39,766 nucleotides of DNA from Candidatus Aenigmatarchaeota archaeon (GCA_043824495.1 JBDRSV010000025.1:1-39766); one strand, 5' to 3'. Positions 9,260-17,722 are shown, counted from the first letter of the stretch. Notes: generated by a model not told the origin, from the letters alone. Numbers and translations: made by a program.

Positions 9260-9805
9260 TTATTTTGCTTGACGTGTCTTCTCAGAACCTCTTCCTTTCT
9301 TTCTAAGACCTCTTGATTTTTTAGAAGCAGATGTTTTACCTCTAAATGCTCTTCCTTTATGTTGAGGTTCAACTATCCATTCTGTGTTTTTATTCTTAGT
9401 TATAGAAGGATGGTAAGGATCAATCAATATACATTCGAACCATTTATGACTCCCATCTTCTGCTATCCAATAAGAATTGAGAATTTCCATGTTAGGGTAC
9501 TTTCTTGCAGCTTTCTGTTCAGCAACAACTTGTTTTGACTTATCAAGAGGATAATATCTTCCAGAAGTTTTTGGTCTTCTTCCACCAGCAGCTTTAGGTC
9601 TCTTTCTTCTTCCTTTAACAACTCTAACTCTAACAATAATAAATCCTTGCTTTGCTTTGTAGCCTAAGCTTCTTGCTCTCTGTGGTCTTGATGGCTTATC
9701 CAATTTAATAAGTGTACCTTCTTTTCTCAGACTAATCATTTTCTTTTTCCACAAAGGTCCCAAATTCTCTTTTGGTGTTTTCCAAACTTTTGCTTCAGCT
9801 TTCAT
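9260..9805 (-). CDS. rpl15e: 50S ribosomal protein L15e
   Basis: Signatures RARSLGYKAKQGFIIVRVRV, QVVAEQKAARKYPNMEILNSYWIAEDG, HKGRAFRGKTSA. Confidence 0.97.
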   Translation of the reverse strand: MKAEAKVWKTPKENLGPLWKKKMISLRKEGTLIKLDKPSRPQRARSLGYKAKQGFIIVRVRVVKGRRKRPKAAGGRRPKTSGRYYPLDKSKQVVAEQKAARKYPNMEILNSYWIAEDGSHKWFECILIDPYHPSITKNKNTEWIVEPQHKGRAFRGKTSASKKSRGLRKKGRGSEKTRQAK

Positions 9806-9946
9806 ATTTTATTTTCCTTTCTCGCGTGTGATATATATTTAAAGTAATAATATGATCTCAAGATAGATTTAAATATTTTAATGGTTATAAGAAGTATATA
9901 ACCGTGACTTATAAAGGTATTGATTTGATATACATGGGGGATTTAA

Positions 9947-10252
9947 ATGGGCATAGCAGCTAAAATCATCGCTGGATTCATCCTGATTATAATAGGACTT
10001 GGACTATTTGTAAATTCTGTTTCTCCGCTATTTCCTGAATTGGGAAATTTCTGGGTAACAAATTTCATAGTAGTGCTAACAGGTGTAATCCCAATACTCT
10101 TAATCCTTATAGGATTGTTTATTGTATGGCTTGAAATCGACGAGCTAAAAGCACAAAAAGAGCTTAGGCAGGAAGAAGAAAAAAGAAAGAAACCAACAAA
10201 TAACGATAAAAAAGACAAAACCGCTTCCAAAAAACCTAAAATCGTTCAGTAA
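9947..10252 (+). CDS. Small two-TM membrane protein with a charged C-terminal tail
   Basis: Two hydrophobic helices followed by WLEIDELK and a Lys/Glu-rich tail. GGGGA is upstream of the ATG. Confidence 0.75.
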   Translation: MGIAAKIIAGFILIIIGLGLFVNSVSPLFPELGNFWVTNFIVVLTGVIPILLILIGLFIVWLEIDELKAQKELRQEEEKRKKPTNNDKKDKTASKKPKIVQ

Positions 10253-10375
10253 AGCTCTTTTTTCTTTATTTTTTTATTCGTGGTAGTTTTTAGACTATCT
10301 CTATTTTTGATAGTAGAAAACACCCCTGGATATAGTCCTATGCGTAGATGTTTAGCTTTCTAAAATAGAATCAGT

Positions 10376-11167
10376 TTACTTAGAGACTTTCCAAGCCTGG
10401 TTGAATAAGTTGTTTATTGTGTTCTTTGCTGCATGTGGTGAATTAGACCAGAAAGCAACATCCTGTGTCTCATGTACATCGTCATCTGTCAAAGACATAA
10501 GCATGCATTCATTGTCTACAACTACAATTCTTCCAATTGGTTTGTCTAAGGTTCTTACTTCAGCAACCTTGGATAATGCGCCTACAATTATTTTGTCCTT
10601 TCCTGGAGCTAGAATTCTTACCTTGACTCCTCTCTTGCTGAGCTTTTTCAATTGTTTGAGTTGCTCATTGTGTAGGTTTTCTAATCCGTCTGTTGTTGTT
10701 GCAATTGTGATTTCATTCTTTGCCCCTCTGAGCATAGAATTTAATTGTCTATTGATCATGAATCTACCCTTAACTGTACCTGACATATCAGATGTCTTAA
10801 CTAAACTAAGTGTACTTTTGTGAATACTCTCGAGCTCTATTAAAATTGGAGAATCCTGTAATTTATCAATTCTATCAATCATAACGTCGTGATTTTTTCT
10901 TAGGTTCTCTTTTGTTCTTTCTAGAGCTTCCTTAGGGTGTAAAGCAACATATTTTATTGGTTTTGATGGTTGTACAACGACAAACCCTTTACCAGAAAGT
11001 GATTCTAAAACATCATAAGAACGAGATCTGGGAACGCCAGCAATTTCAGAAACTTCTGCTGCTGTTGCAATTCCTTTGGCTAACAAAGCCACAAAAATCT
11101 TTCTCTCATACAGATTGAGGCCAATGCTCTTCAAAGCATCCAATGCCTCTGTTGTTGCTACTACCAT
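10376..11167 (-). CDS. TrmB-family transcriptional regulator (wHTH + PLD-like effector domain)
   Basis: LKSIGLNLYERKIFVALL, EVSEIAGVPRSRSYDVLESLSGKGFV, KPIKYVALHP; the C-terminal domain has GVKVRIL and RIVVVD. Confidence 0.92.
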   Translation of the reverse strand: MVVATTEALDALKSIGLNLYERKIFVALLAKGIATAAEVSEIAGVPRSRSYDVLESLSGKGFVVVQPSKPIKYVALHPKEALERTKENLRKNHDVMIDRIDKLQDSPILIELESIHKSTLSLVKTSDMSGTVKGRFMINRQLNSMLRGAKNEITIATTTDGLENLHNEQLKQLKKLSKRGVKVRILAPGKDKIIVGALSKVAEVRTLDKPIGRIVVVDNECMLMSLTDDDVHETQDVAFWSNSPHAAKNTINNLFNQAWKVSK

Positions 11168-11243
11168 ATAAACCTCTACATTTAATAGTTCTTTTTTACT
11201 TTACTGCCTTAAAAACTTATCGGGCAGTGATTAATTTAAGGGC

Positions 11244-11263
11244 AAAAGGTTTATAAAGCTTTT
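11244..11263 (-). promoter_or_regulatory. TATA box embedded in a near-perfect 20-bp palindrome upstream of the TrmB-family regulator
   Basis: AAAAGGTTTATAAAGCTTTT pairs in 9 of 10 positions. A second 6-bp IR (ACTGCC/GGCAGT) lies between it and the gene start. Confidence 0.4.
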
Positions 11264-11310
11264 GTTACTCTAAAATGGGTACAATCTATCCAATCTGTAG
11301 AAATCAACGT

Positions 11311-13020
11311 CTATCTGCCTCTTTGCTTACTATATATCTTAATTACTCTTTCTGTAGAATCAGTATCTAGAGGACCTTTATCCTCTCTGAGCTTAACCAA
11401 GCGTGGGAAACGCAATGCGAAACCTGAGGCATAATTTGGACTCTTTTGTATCTCTTCATAAGCTATTTCTACTATTATTTTAGGCTTGATTCGGATTTCG
11501 TTGCCTTTTTCAGATATTACATAAGGCTTCAACATCTCGGTTAGCTGATCAAATGTGACTCCTTCGCCCTTCTCCTTTATACCTGTACCTATCATTCCAC
11601 ACTCTAAAAACTCTCCTGTTTTTGGGTCCCTACATCCTAGTATCAGAGAGCCAAGCCACCCAGTTCTCTTCCCTGTACCCCACGTAGCCCCTATAATAGC
11701 AAGGTCTAGAGTTTCCATTATCGGTTTCACTTTTAGCCAGTATCCTACTCTTCTACCAGGCTGATAAGTGGCATCAAGATTTTTCACCATCACACCTTCC
11801 TGATTCGCATTAAGGGCTCTTTTGTAGAATTCTTCTGCTTTTTTCAGGTCTTTTGTTATAAGCTGTTCTGCTATCTGGAATTTTCCTGGAATCTCTTTAA
11901 TCACACTCTCTAGAATTTTTCTTCTCTCTGTTAAAGATAAGTCAAATAACATTTTACCATCGAGTTGCACAATCTCAAATAAATTAGCTTGGATAGGTAT
12001 ATCTTTCATTGCTTTGTCTATGTCATATTTTCTCTTTATTCTCTGCGATAATGATTGGAAAGGCAATGGTTTTCCTGTTTTCTGATCAATTCCTAGAAGT
12101 TCACCTTCTATTACACAATCATCTGCTTTCAGACCTTTCTTGACCAGCTCTACTAAATCAGGGAATTGTTTAGTCACATCTTCCAATCTTCTTGTGTATA
12201 ACCAGATCTTATCTCCTTTTTTGTGTATGCTTATTCTTGCCCCATCAAACTTGAATTCTAATACCACATGCTCAAATTTCTCAACAGCTTCTTTCAAATC
12301 AGTTGCTTTCTCGGATAGTAGGACGTGATACGGCTTTCCTGTTTTCAGCTTGACATTTTTCAAACCAGTCAAACCTTTGGTTTTAGCAATCATAGCAACT
12401 TCACCATAATCAGTTCTCAAGAACCAAGCCCACTCTACAATCTTTATTATTTCTTTTTTCTCTTCATCTGAAACATCTGGAAAGAATGCTTTAGCAACAG
12501 AATCTCTTAGAACACCTTCAGCTACACCTATTCTCAAATCACCAATGGTTGTTCTTATTATGTATTTAGCTTCTTTAGGACCGGAAGCATTAATCAACTC
12601 AGAAACAAGCTGAAACTTTCTATCCTGTGAACCTTTACCTTCTATACTTGCTAGAGATTCTAGATTCTGAAAAACTTTCTCAACTGTGAGTGGTCTTGTG
12701 AATAAAGTTCTTTGTTTTTTCTTCTTCATGAACTCTTCTACAACCAAACCAAAATCTCCTATTTCTCTGAATTTATTTTCTATTTCTTTCAAAGAGAACC
12801 CAGTAGCCGTGGCTATAATTTTCATAGCCAATTGACTAGCTATACCAATTTCTTGATCACTCCATGAAGGGAACACTTTTCCTTGAACAAGTAATGTGAT
12901 TCTAGAAAGTAGATCTTCATCTGTTTTACTGAGCAAACTAGCAATCTGATCGATCTTTTCGAGTCTAGATGATGTGTTTTCAAGTTTTTCATATACATCA
13001 ACCAATAATGAGTATTTCAT
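11311..13020 (-). CDS. lig: ATP-dependent DNA ligase
   Basis: Motif I EFKFDGAR, IEGEL, EGVMVK, YQPGRRVGYWLKVK, LDLAIIG, ALRFPR; N-terminal DNA-binding domain present. Confidence 0.97.
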   Translation of the reverse strand: MKYSLLVDVYEKLENTSSRLEKIDQIASLLSKTDEDLLSRITLLVQGKVFPSWSDQEIGIASQLAMKIIATATGFSLKEIENKFREIGDFGLVVEEFMKKKKQRTLFTRPLTVEKVFQNLESLASIEGKGSQDRKFQLVSELINASGPKEAKYIIRTTIGDLRIGVAEGVLRDSVAKAFFPDVSDEEKKEIIKIVEWAWFLRTDYGEVAMIAKTKGLTGLKNVKLKTGKPYHVLLSEKATDLKEAVEKFEHVVLEFKFDGARISIHKKGDKIWLYTRRLEDVTKQFPDLVELVKKGLKADDCVIEGELLGIDQKTGKPLPFQSLSQRIKRKYDIDKAMKDIPIQANLFEIVQLDGKMLFDLSLTERRKILESVIKEIPGKFQIAEQLITKDLKKAEEFYKRALNANQEGVMVKNLDATYQPGRRVGYWLKVKPIMETLDLAIIGATWGTGKRTGWLGSLILGCRDPKTGEFLECGMIGTGIKEKGEGVTFDQLTEMLKPYVISEKGNEIRIKPKIIVEIAYEEIQKSPNYASGFALRFPRLVKLREDKGPLDTDSTERVIKIYSKQRGR

Positions 13021-13052
13021 AAGATATAATTAGTTTAGAGCATAAATAGGGT

Positions 13053-13901
13053 TTATTTCTCCTCTTCATCTACTACATGGTCAGTAATCAAATCGCCAAC
13101 AATGTCCATGTTATCATCACCTGTATAGTTTGTTTCTATTCCATCTTCTGTAATTGCAACACTAAGGTACATAGGCATTCCATGATGTGCAAGTAACCAT
13201 TGTTCTGTATCATCAGGGAGAATTATTACTGGTAATTTGAAAGGTGATTTTTCTCTAACTCTTCTAACTATTGAATCTTCAATTCCTCTCTCAATAAATA
13301 AATTATTTGTTGTTTCTAGATACACAATAAATTCTCTATAACTAACTCTCTCTAGTTTTCCTCTCTCACCTCTTGCTGGATCCGCATTTTCATTAGGTCT
13401 GTAATATCCAGTGCAAAAAATGGAACTTCCAGGTAAAAGATATATCTCACCCTCTCTGACATATCTTCCCATTTCATCTGTTATTGCATCCAACACTGCT
13501 CTTGTTTCAGCTATACCTGTTTCTGAATCATCTGTTCTAAGTCTCATAGGAACATCAACAACTATTCCTATATTACCAGTTGATTTTCTTTTTCTAGCAA
13601 TTGGCTTTGCTTTTTCACCATCCAACTCAAACATTCTACCGGGATAACCATAAACAGCTGTAGCAAAGGGTAAGAATAATTCATCGATTCCGCTTCTATT
13701 TTCTGCATCATAAGGAGTGCAAATATTTGCATATCCAGCGTTTTCAACAACGCGAGAAACATCAGTATAATCTCCCAGAGATCCTACAATTCCTGGATTT
13801 TCACTTATTGCCTGTAGAGCTCTCTCTAAATATTTGGATTTCAGAGTTACCAATGCACTAGATTTCTCAACAAGTCTTCCTGGGAGCAAATCTTCTGTCA
13901 T
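13053..13901 (-). CDS. Hypothetical acidic protein
   Basis: 282-aa ORF with no recognised motif. It has its own TATA-like box at 13926-13933. Confidence 0.7.
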   Translation of the reverse strand: MTEDLLPGRLVEKSSALVTLKSKYLERALQAISENPGIVGSLGDYTDVSRVVENAGYANICTPYDAENRSGIDELFLPFATAVYGYPGRMFELDGEKAKPIARKRKSTGNIGIVVDVPMRLRTDDSETGIAETRAVLDAITDEMGRYVREGEIYLLPGSSIFCTGYYRPNENADPARGERGKLERVSYREFIVYLETTNNLFIERGIEDSIVRRVREKSPFKLPVIILPDDTEQWLLAHHGMPMYLSVAITEDGIETNYTGDDNMDIVGDLITDHVVDEEEK

Positions 13902-13925
13902 GGGAGTTTAAAATTCTTAATAGGA

Positions 13926-13933
13926 TTTATAAA
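13926..13933 (-). promoter_or_regulatory. TATA-like box for the 13053..13901 gene
   Basis: TTTATAAA lies 25-32 bp upstream of the ATG at 13901. Confidence 0.5.
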
Positions 13934-13973
13934 TGTTTTTATGACTAAAACGTGACATAATTTGGATAAATAT

Positions 13974-14010
13974 ATAGAATCATCTAATAAAATCTATTAG
14001 CAGATTCTAT
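13974..14010 (-). terminator. Hairpin immediately downstream of the Cys-rich gene (possible terminator or RNA stability element)
   Basis: ATAGAATC-AT-CTAATA-AAATC-TATTAG-CA-GATTCTAT forms 8+6 bp stems with a 2x2 internal loop, 7 nt after the stop at 14018. Confidence 0.35.
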
Positions 14011-14017
14011 TTCTCAT

Positions 14018-14509
14018 TTATAGGCTTCCACATTCGCTGCATACCCACGATCCATTTAGTAAAACCAATTCGTCTGTATATTCTCCGCATTCGTCACAAA
14101 ATCCGAATTCTTGTTTTTTGTCTTCTTGTTCTTCCATTGGTCTAAACCCCTCTTTCCACATACACCCACTATGCTCAGTTACAACCCAGTCCTTTGCGAG
14201 CGGTAACATTTTGAACAACTGTTCTGCTAATTCCGGTGCTTTTGGTTTTAGCCAATTGAAAGCTTCTAATATATAACAAAATGGACATATAGAAGCTGGC
14301 GCAGATGACTTACAGTGTACACAATTCAAGAAAGTTGTATCTAAATTTGGTTCGAAGAATTTTTCAAACGTTTTATGGAATTTATTAAACGGACCTGAAT
14401 GAGCCTCAGGAAGCCATTTCGATATGTCTTCTGCTAGGCATTGGGGACAGATGTAGCTCCATATTGGATCCTTGCATAGTTGACATATTGGTATTGTTGA
14501 TTGGTTCAT
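14018..14509 (-). CDS. Multi-zinc-finger protein (six CxxC motifs)
   Basis: CQLC/CPQC, CVHC/CPFC and CDEC/CSEC. A tandem GGTGA ribosome-binding site lies upstream of the ATG. Confidence 0.8.
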   Translation of the reverse strand: MNQSTIPICQLCKDPIWSYICPQCLAEDISKWLPEAHSGPFNKFHKTFEKFFEPNLDTTFLNCVHCKSSAPASICPFCYILEAFNWLKPKAPELAEQLFKMLPLAKDWVVTEHSGCMWKEGFRPMEEQEDKKQEFGFCDECGEYTDELVLLNGSWVCSECGSL

Positions 14510-14532
14510 TTTCTTTCACCCATTCACCGTTT

Positions 14533-14690
14533 ATATCCATCTAATAGTAAATTGGATATGTTATTTAAATAGTGTCTCTAAAAAAATAATTCTTTATACT
14601 TACACTATAAAGCTTGATAGTGTGCGTAAAATTTAAAAAGAATTATCATAATACTACAATAATGTTCATAGGACTTGAGCATGTATTGTA
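14533..14690. promoter_or_regulatory. Divergent promoter region with three inverted repeats
   Basis: ATATCCA-N13-TGGATAT (14533-14559), ACACTAT-N8-ATAGTGT (14602-14623), and a 14-bp bulged hairpin (14655-14690). Confidence 0.35.
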
Positions 14691-14799
14691 ATATTATAAG
14701 AAATATTATAAAAGTATTTAAATCCTTTAGTCAAAATTATAGCACTAAGCCCGAGATATTAATATTAATTTTATAAAAGGAAAAAAGGAGGCCTTTAAG

Positions 14800-15744
14800 A
14801 TGAAGTCTACAGTACTAGTAGAAAACAATGGAGAAACACAGAAGATATACAATTCTATACTGTTATCTCCGAAAAGTCTAAACGTTGTTTCGAGTGATCT
14901 TTCGCAAAAAATAATAGGTGATCTTGTAAAAGCGCCAGCATGCGCAATGGATGTGGCAAGAAATTTAGGACAACATGAACAAAAAATTTATTACCATTTG
15001 AGAAGATTAGAATCTGCTGGCATAATCAAACTGATAAACACAGAAAAAAGATACGGAATGAATGCAAAAATTTATGATATCGTCAGTCCTGTAATAGCAA
15101 CAAAACTGCACAACAACGGATACATAATAAAATCAAAGAAATCAAAAACAGACCCTGAAATATCGAAATTCTTGGAACCTTTCATAAAGGACGGGAAACT
15201 AAACGCAACTATAATAGTTGGTGATCCATATCCACACGGAGAATACGATCAGGGCGGTCTTGACGGCTGTTACATTGCTGATTTAACTTTATTCATCGGG
15301 AATTTCTTAGATGAACTTCCAATACCATGTTACAGATTAGACACACACGTAAAAGAAATCGATTTGAAAAACAACTTGATCATATTAGGTGGTCCTAAAT
15401 TTAACGTAATCGCACATCAGCTAAACAAGAAAAGAATACTACCAATATATTTTGATGAGAAAAAAGACTTCCAAGTAATATCAAGTTTGTCTAATAACAC
15501 ATACAAAGAGAATGTGATTGGAGTGATCACAAGATTTCCAAATCCATTCAACAAAGATAAAGAAATTTTGTTAATTGGAGGAAAGAGACCTAGAGGAACC
15601 GGAGCAGCTGTAATTGCTTTCACAAAAAACACAAGAACTGTAATGCAAGGGAATGCATCAAATAACAAACATTTTGCAAATGTGATTGTGGGACGTGATA
15701 GAACAGGTGACGGTGACGTTGATACTATTGAATTTAGAGAGTGA
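14800..15744 (+). CDS. ArsR-like wHTH regulator fused to a C-terminal domain with an NLIILGGP..N motif
   Basis: AMDVARNLGQHEQKIYYHLRRLESAGII (wHTH). The C-terminal NLIILGGPKFN and NPFNKDKEILLIGG..GTGAAV motifs resemble S-layer C-terminal-like domains. GGAGG RBS upstream. Confidence 0.8.
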   Translation: MKSTVLVENNGETQKIYNSILLSPKSLNVVSSDLSQKIIGDLVKAPACAMDVARNLGQHEQKIYYHLRRLESAGIIKLINTEKRYGMNAKIYDIVSPVIATKLHNNGYIIKSKKSKTDPEISKFLEPFIKDGKLNATIIVGDPYPHGEYDQGGLDGCYIADLTLFIGNFLDELPIPCYRLDTHVKEIDLKNNLIILGGPKFNVIAHQLNKKRILPIYFDEKKDFQVISSLSNNTYKENVIGVITRFPNPFNKDKEILLIGGKRPRGTGAAVIAFTKNTRTVMQGNASNNKHFANVIVGRDRTGDGDVDTIEFRE

Positions 15745-15749
15745 TTTTA

Positions 15750-16442
15750 ATGGGCAATGAACAAGCAAGTATGATAGAGAAATTATATCCAATGGCAGTA
15801 ACACTAGCAGAACGTATAGGGACAGAACCTACATTATATCTTCCTGTAGATCAAGATGGTAAAGGATATTCATCAGCATTCGGGATCGCTTTAAGAGACG
15901 CTGGTATTAATTTTGAACGTCTAGACTTGACAGAAGACGGTAGAATAAGAGACGGTGAAGGTCCTGGTTACAAGAGAATAATTGACCCTTCTGGTAGTTT
16001 AGCGAGAACCGCAGGCTCAGGAAAACATAGATATTTACTTCTATTGGATAATGGATCTCACACAGGAGGAGTAATGACAGGAGCTTACGTAGAACTATTA
16101 AGAACATTAGAGGAAATAGAAGCATCTCCTGATCAAACAGAAATATTATCAGCTATAGTAAATGATTGCGCGGGTATTTCAAATGTCTGGGTATATCCAA
16201 CTTTTGCAAACCAAGGTCACAGACATATAGGAATGAAAAGAACGATGAGAATGTTAGCTCCTACTCAATATGAACATCATTTAGATATTCCTGGAAGCAC
16301 AGGTTTAGTAGATTCTATTTATGATTCACCATTAATGAAAGTTCCAAAAGTAAGTTTAGACGACAATCTAGATGATAGTCATGAAACAAGAATAAATGGT
16401 AGAGTCGCAGCAGCTAGAGTATTGGGAGTTCTGAGAATGTAG
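15750..16442 (+). CDS. Divergent type I phosphoribosyltransferase-fold protein
   Basis: ORF 15741..16442; likely ATG at 15750. LYLPVDQDGKGYSSAFGIAL, a PRPP-loop-like RYLLLLDNGSHTGGVM, and a following strand EILSAIVND. Confidence 0.6.
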   Translation: MGNEQASMIEKLYPMAVTLAERIGTEPTLYLPVDQDGKGYSSAFGIALRDAGINFERLDLTEDGRIRDGEGPGYKRIIDPSGSLARTAGSGKHRYLLLLDNGSHTGGVMTGAYVELLRTLEEIEASPDQTEILSAIVNDCAGISNVWVYPTFANQGHRHIGMKRTMRMLAPTQYEHHLDIPGSTGLVDSIYDSPLMKVPKVSLDDNLDDSHETRINGRVAAARVLGVLRM

Positions 16443-16451
16443 GAGTGGAAC

Positions 16452-17015
16452 ATGAATAGTAGTTTTAAAACAAATATGCATCGACTTTTGGCGGACGTGG
16501 GAGTTGTCCCAAGCGTGGCAGAATTGTTAGGCAGAAGACCTTTACTTGAAACTCTAGCTAATTCTAATACTCCTACAAGTGCAGTTGAAAAGATAATGCT
16601 TAGATTACTAGAAGAGACACAAGTAGAATTATTAGATTTTGCTAGAAATAGTAGAGATCCAAATACTCCTCTTTTGGTTTACAGTCTTACTAGAAAAACT
16701 GATAATGGAAATCAATCACATGATGGGAGGGAAACACAAAAATACGCTTTACTCGCTGGTGGATTTTTAGAAGAACATGGTATAAATACTTTTTATTCCC
16801 CATTAATCATTAATGGAGATGTCACGACAGGTTTTGATTCAGAAACAGCAAGAAATTCCGGAGCTTTATTTGTTGATGACACAGCAACAGATGAGAGGGA
16901 AACCTACTTAACGGAATTTATTGAGAGGCATTGCAATGACATACCAGCTGCTGGATACATGGCTCCTTTTCTAAAGTCTACTTTTAAAACACTTTACAGA
17001 AGAAGTGAAGTTTAA
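16452..17015 (+). CDS. Hypothetical protein, possible degenerate PRTase fold
   Basis: AGGAG RBS. Strand-helix-strand pattern (LLVYSLTR / YALLAGGFLEEHG / INTFYSPL) ending in ALFVDDTAT, like the PRPP-binding hydrophobic-DD motif. Confidence 0.5.
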   Translation: MNSSFKTNMHRLLADVGVVPSVAELLGRRPLLETLANSNTPTSAVEKIMLRLLEETQVELLDFARNSRDPNTPLLVYSLTRKTDNGNQSHDGRETQKYALLAGGFLEEHGINTFYSPLIINGDVTTGFDSETARNSGALFVDDTATDERETYLTEFIERHCNDIPAAGYMAPFLKSTFKTLYRRSEV

Positions 17016-17040
17016 TATTATACTATTCTAAGAGCTTCAC

Positions 17041-17691
17041 ATGAAACAAATTTTTCAAGGAATTTGGCAACGAGAAAAAGAATTACTTACGCAAAACTTA
17101 GTGCCAGGTTTCAGAGAATATGGTAAGCTTGTTACAATCAGTGGAAAAGAGTTTCGTATTTGGGATCATAGAAAATCCAAAGCTGCTGCAGCTTTGGTGA
17201 AAGGACTGAAAACTTTTCCTATAAAAAAGGGCTGCAAGATACTGTATTTGGGAATTTCTTCAGGTTCCACAGCGTCATTCTTCTCTGACATAATTGGAGA
17301 GAACGGAATTATCTACGGTATAGAAGTTGCTGAAAGATCTATAAGAGATCTAAACCCAGTTGCAGAAAAAAGAAAGAACATAGTTCCTATTCTTGCAAGT
17401 GCAAGAAGTCCTGAAAATTATAGCTGGGTTGAGCCAGTTGACATAGTTTACCAAGATGTTGCAACAGATGATCAAAGTGAAATCTTGATTCGTAATTGTC
17501 AAGCTTTTCTAAAAAAAGACGGATATGCAATGATAGCAATTAAATCCAGATCAATAAACGTTGTAAAAAATCCAAGAGAAGTTTACAAAGACGAGCTCAA
17601 GAAATTAAAACAACACTTCGAAATCTTAGACAAAAGAGAATTAGATCCATATGAAAAGGATCACATGTTCATTCTAATGAAGTGGAAATAA
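17041..17691 (+). CDS. flpA: Fibrillarin-like rRNA/tRNA 2'-O-methyltransferase
   Basis: FRIWDHRKSKAAAAL, ILYLGISSGSTAS, GIIYGIE, NIVPILASARSP, VDIVYQDVA, LDPYEKDH. Confidence 0.95.
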   Translation: MKQIFQGIWQREKELLTQNLVPGFREYGKLVTISGKEFRIWDHRKSKAAAALVKGLKTFPIKKGCKILYLGISSGSTASFFSDIIGENGIIYGIEVAERSIRDLNPVAEKRKNIVPILASARSPENYSWVEPVDIVYQDVATDDQSEILIRNCQAFLKKDGYAMIAIKSRSINVVKNPREVYKDELKKLKQHFEILDKRELDPYEKDHMFILMKWK

Positions 17692-17722
17692 CTATATAGA
17701 CAAGTTCAACTAATTATATATT

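Noticed and set aside
9883-9903. 7-bp inverted repeat GGTTATA-N7-TATAACC between rpl15e and the small membrane gene
   Set aside because: It is made mostly of opposing TATA-like elements of a divergent promoter and is too short to separate from chance.
10284-10320. Weak hairpin ACTATC...GATAGT between convergent genes
   Set aside because: Only a 6-bp stem; the adjacent T-tracts already explain termination.
14510-14799. Possible replication origin in the AT-rich gap
   Set aside because: No ORB-like (TTCCAGTGGAAAC / G-string) repeats and no cdc6/orc1 gene nearby.
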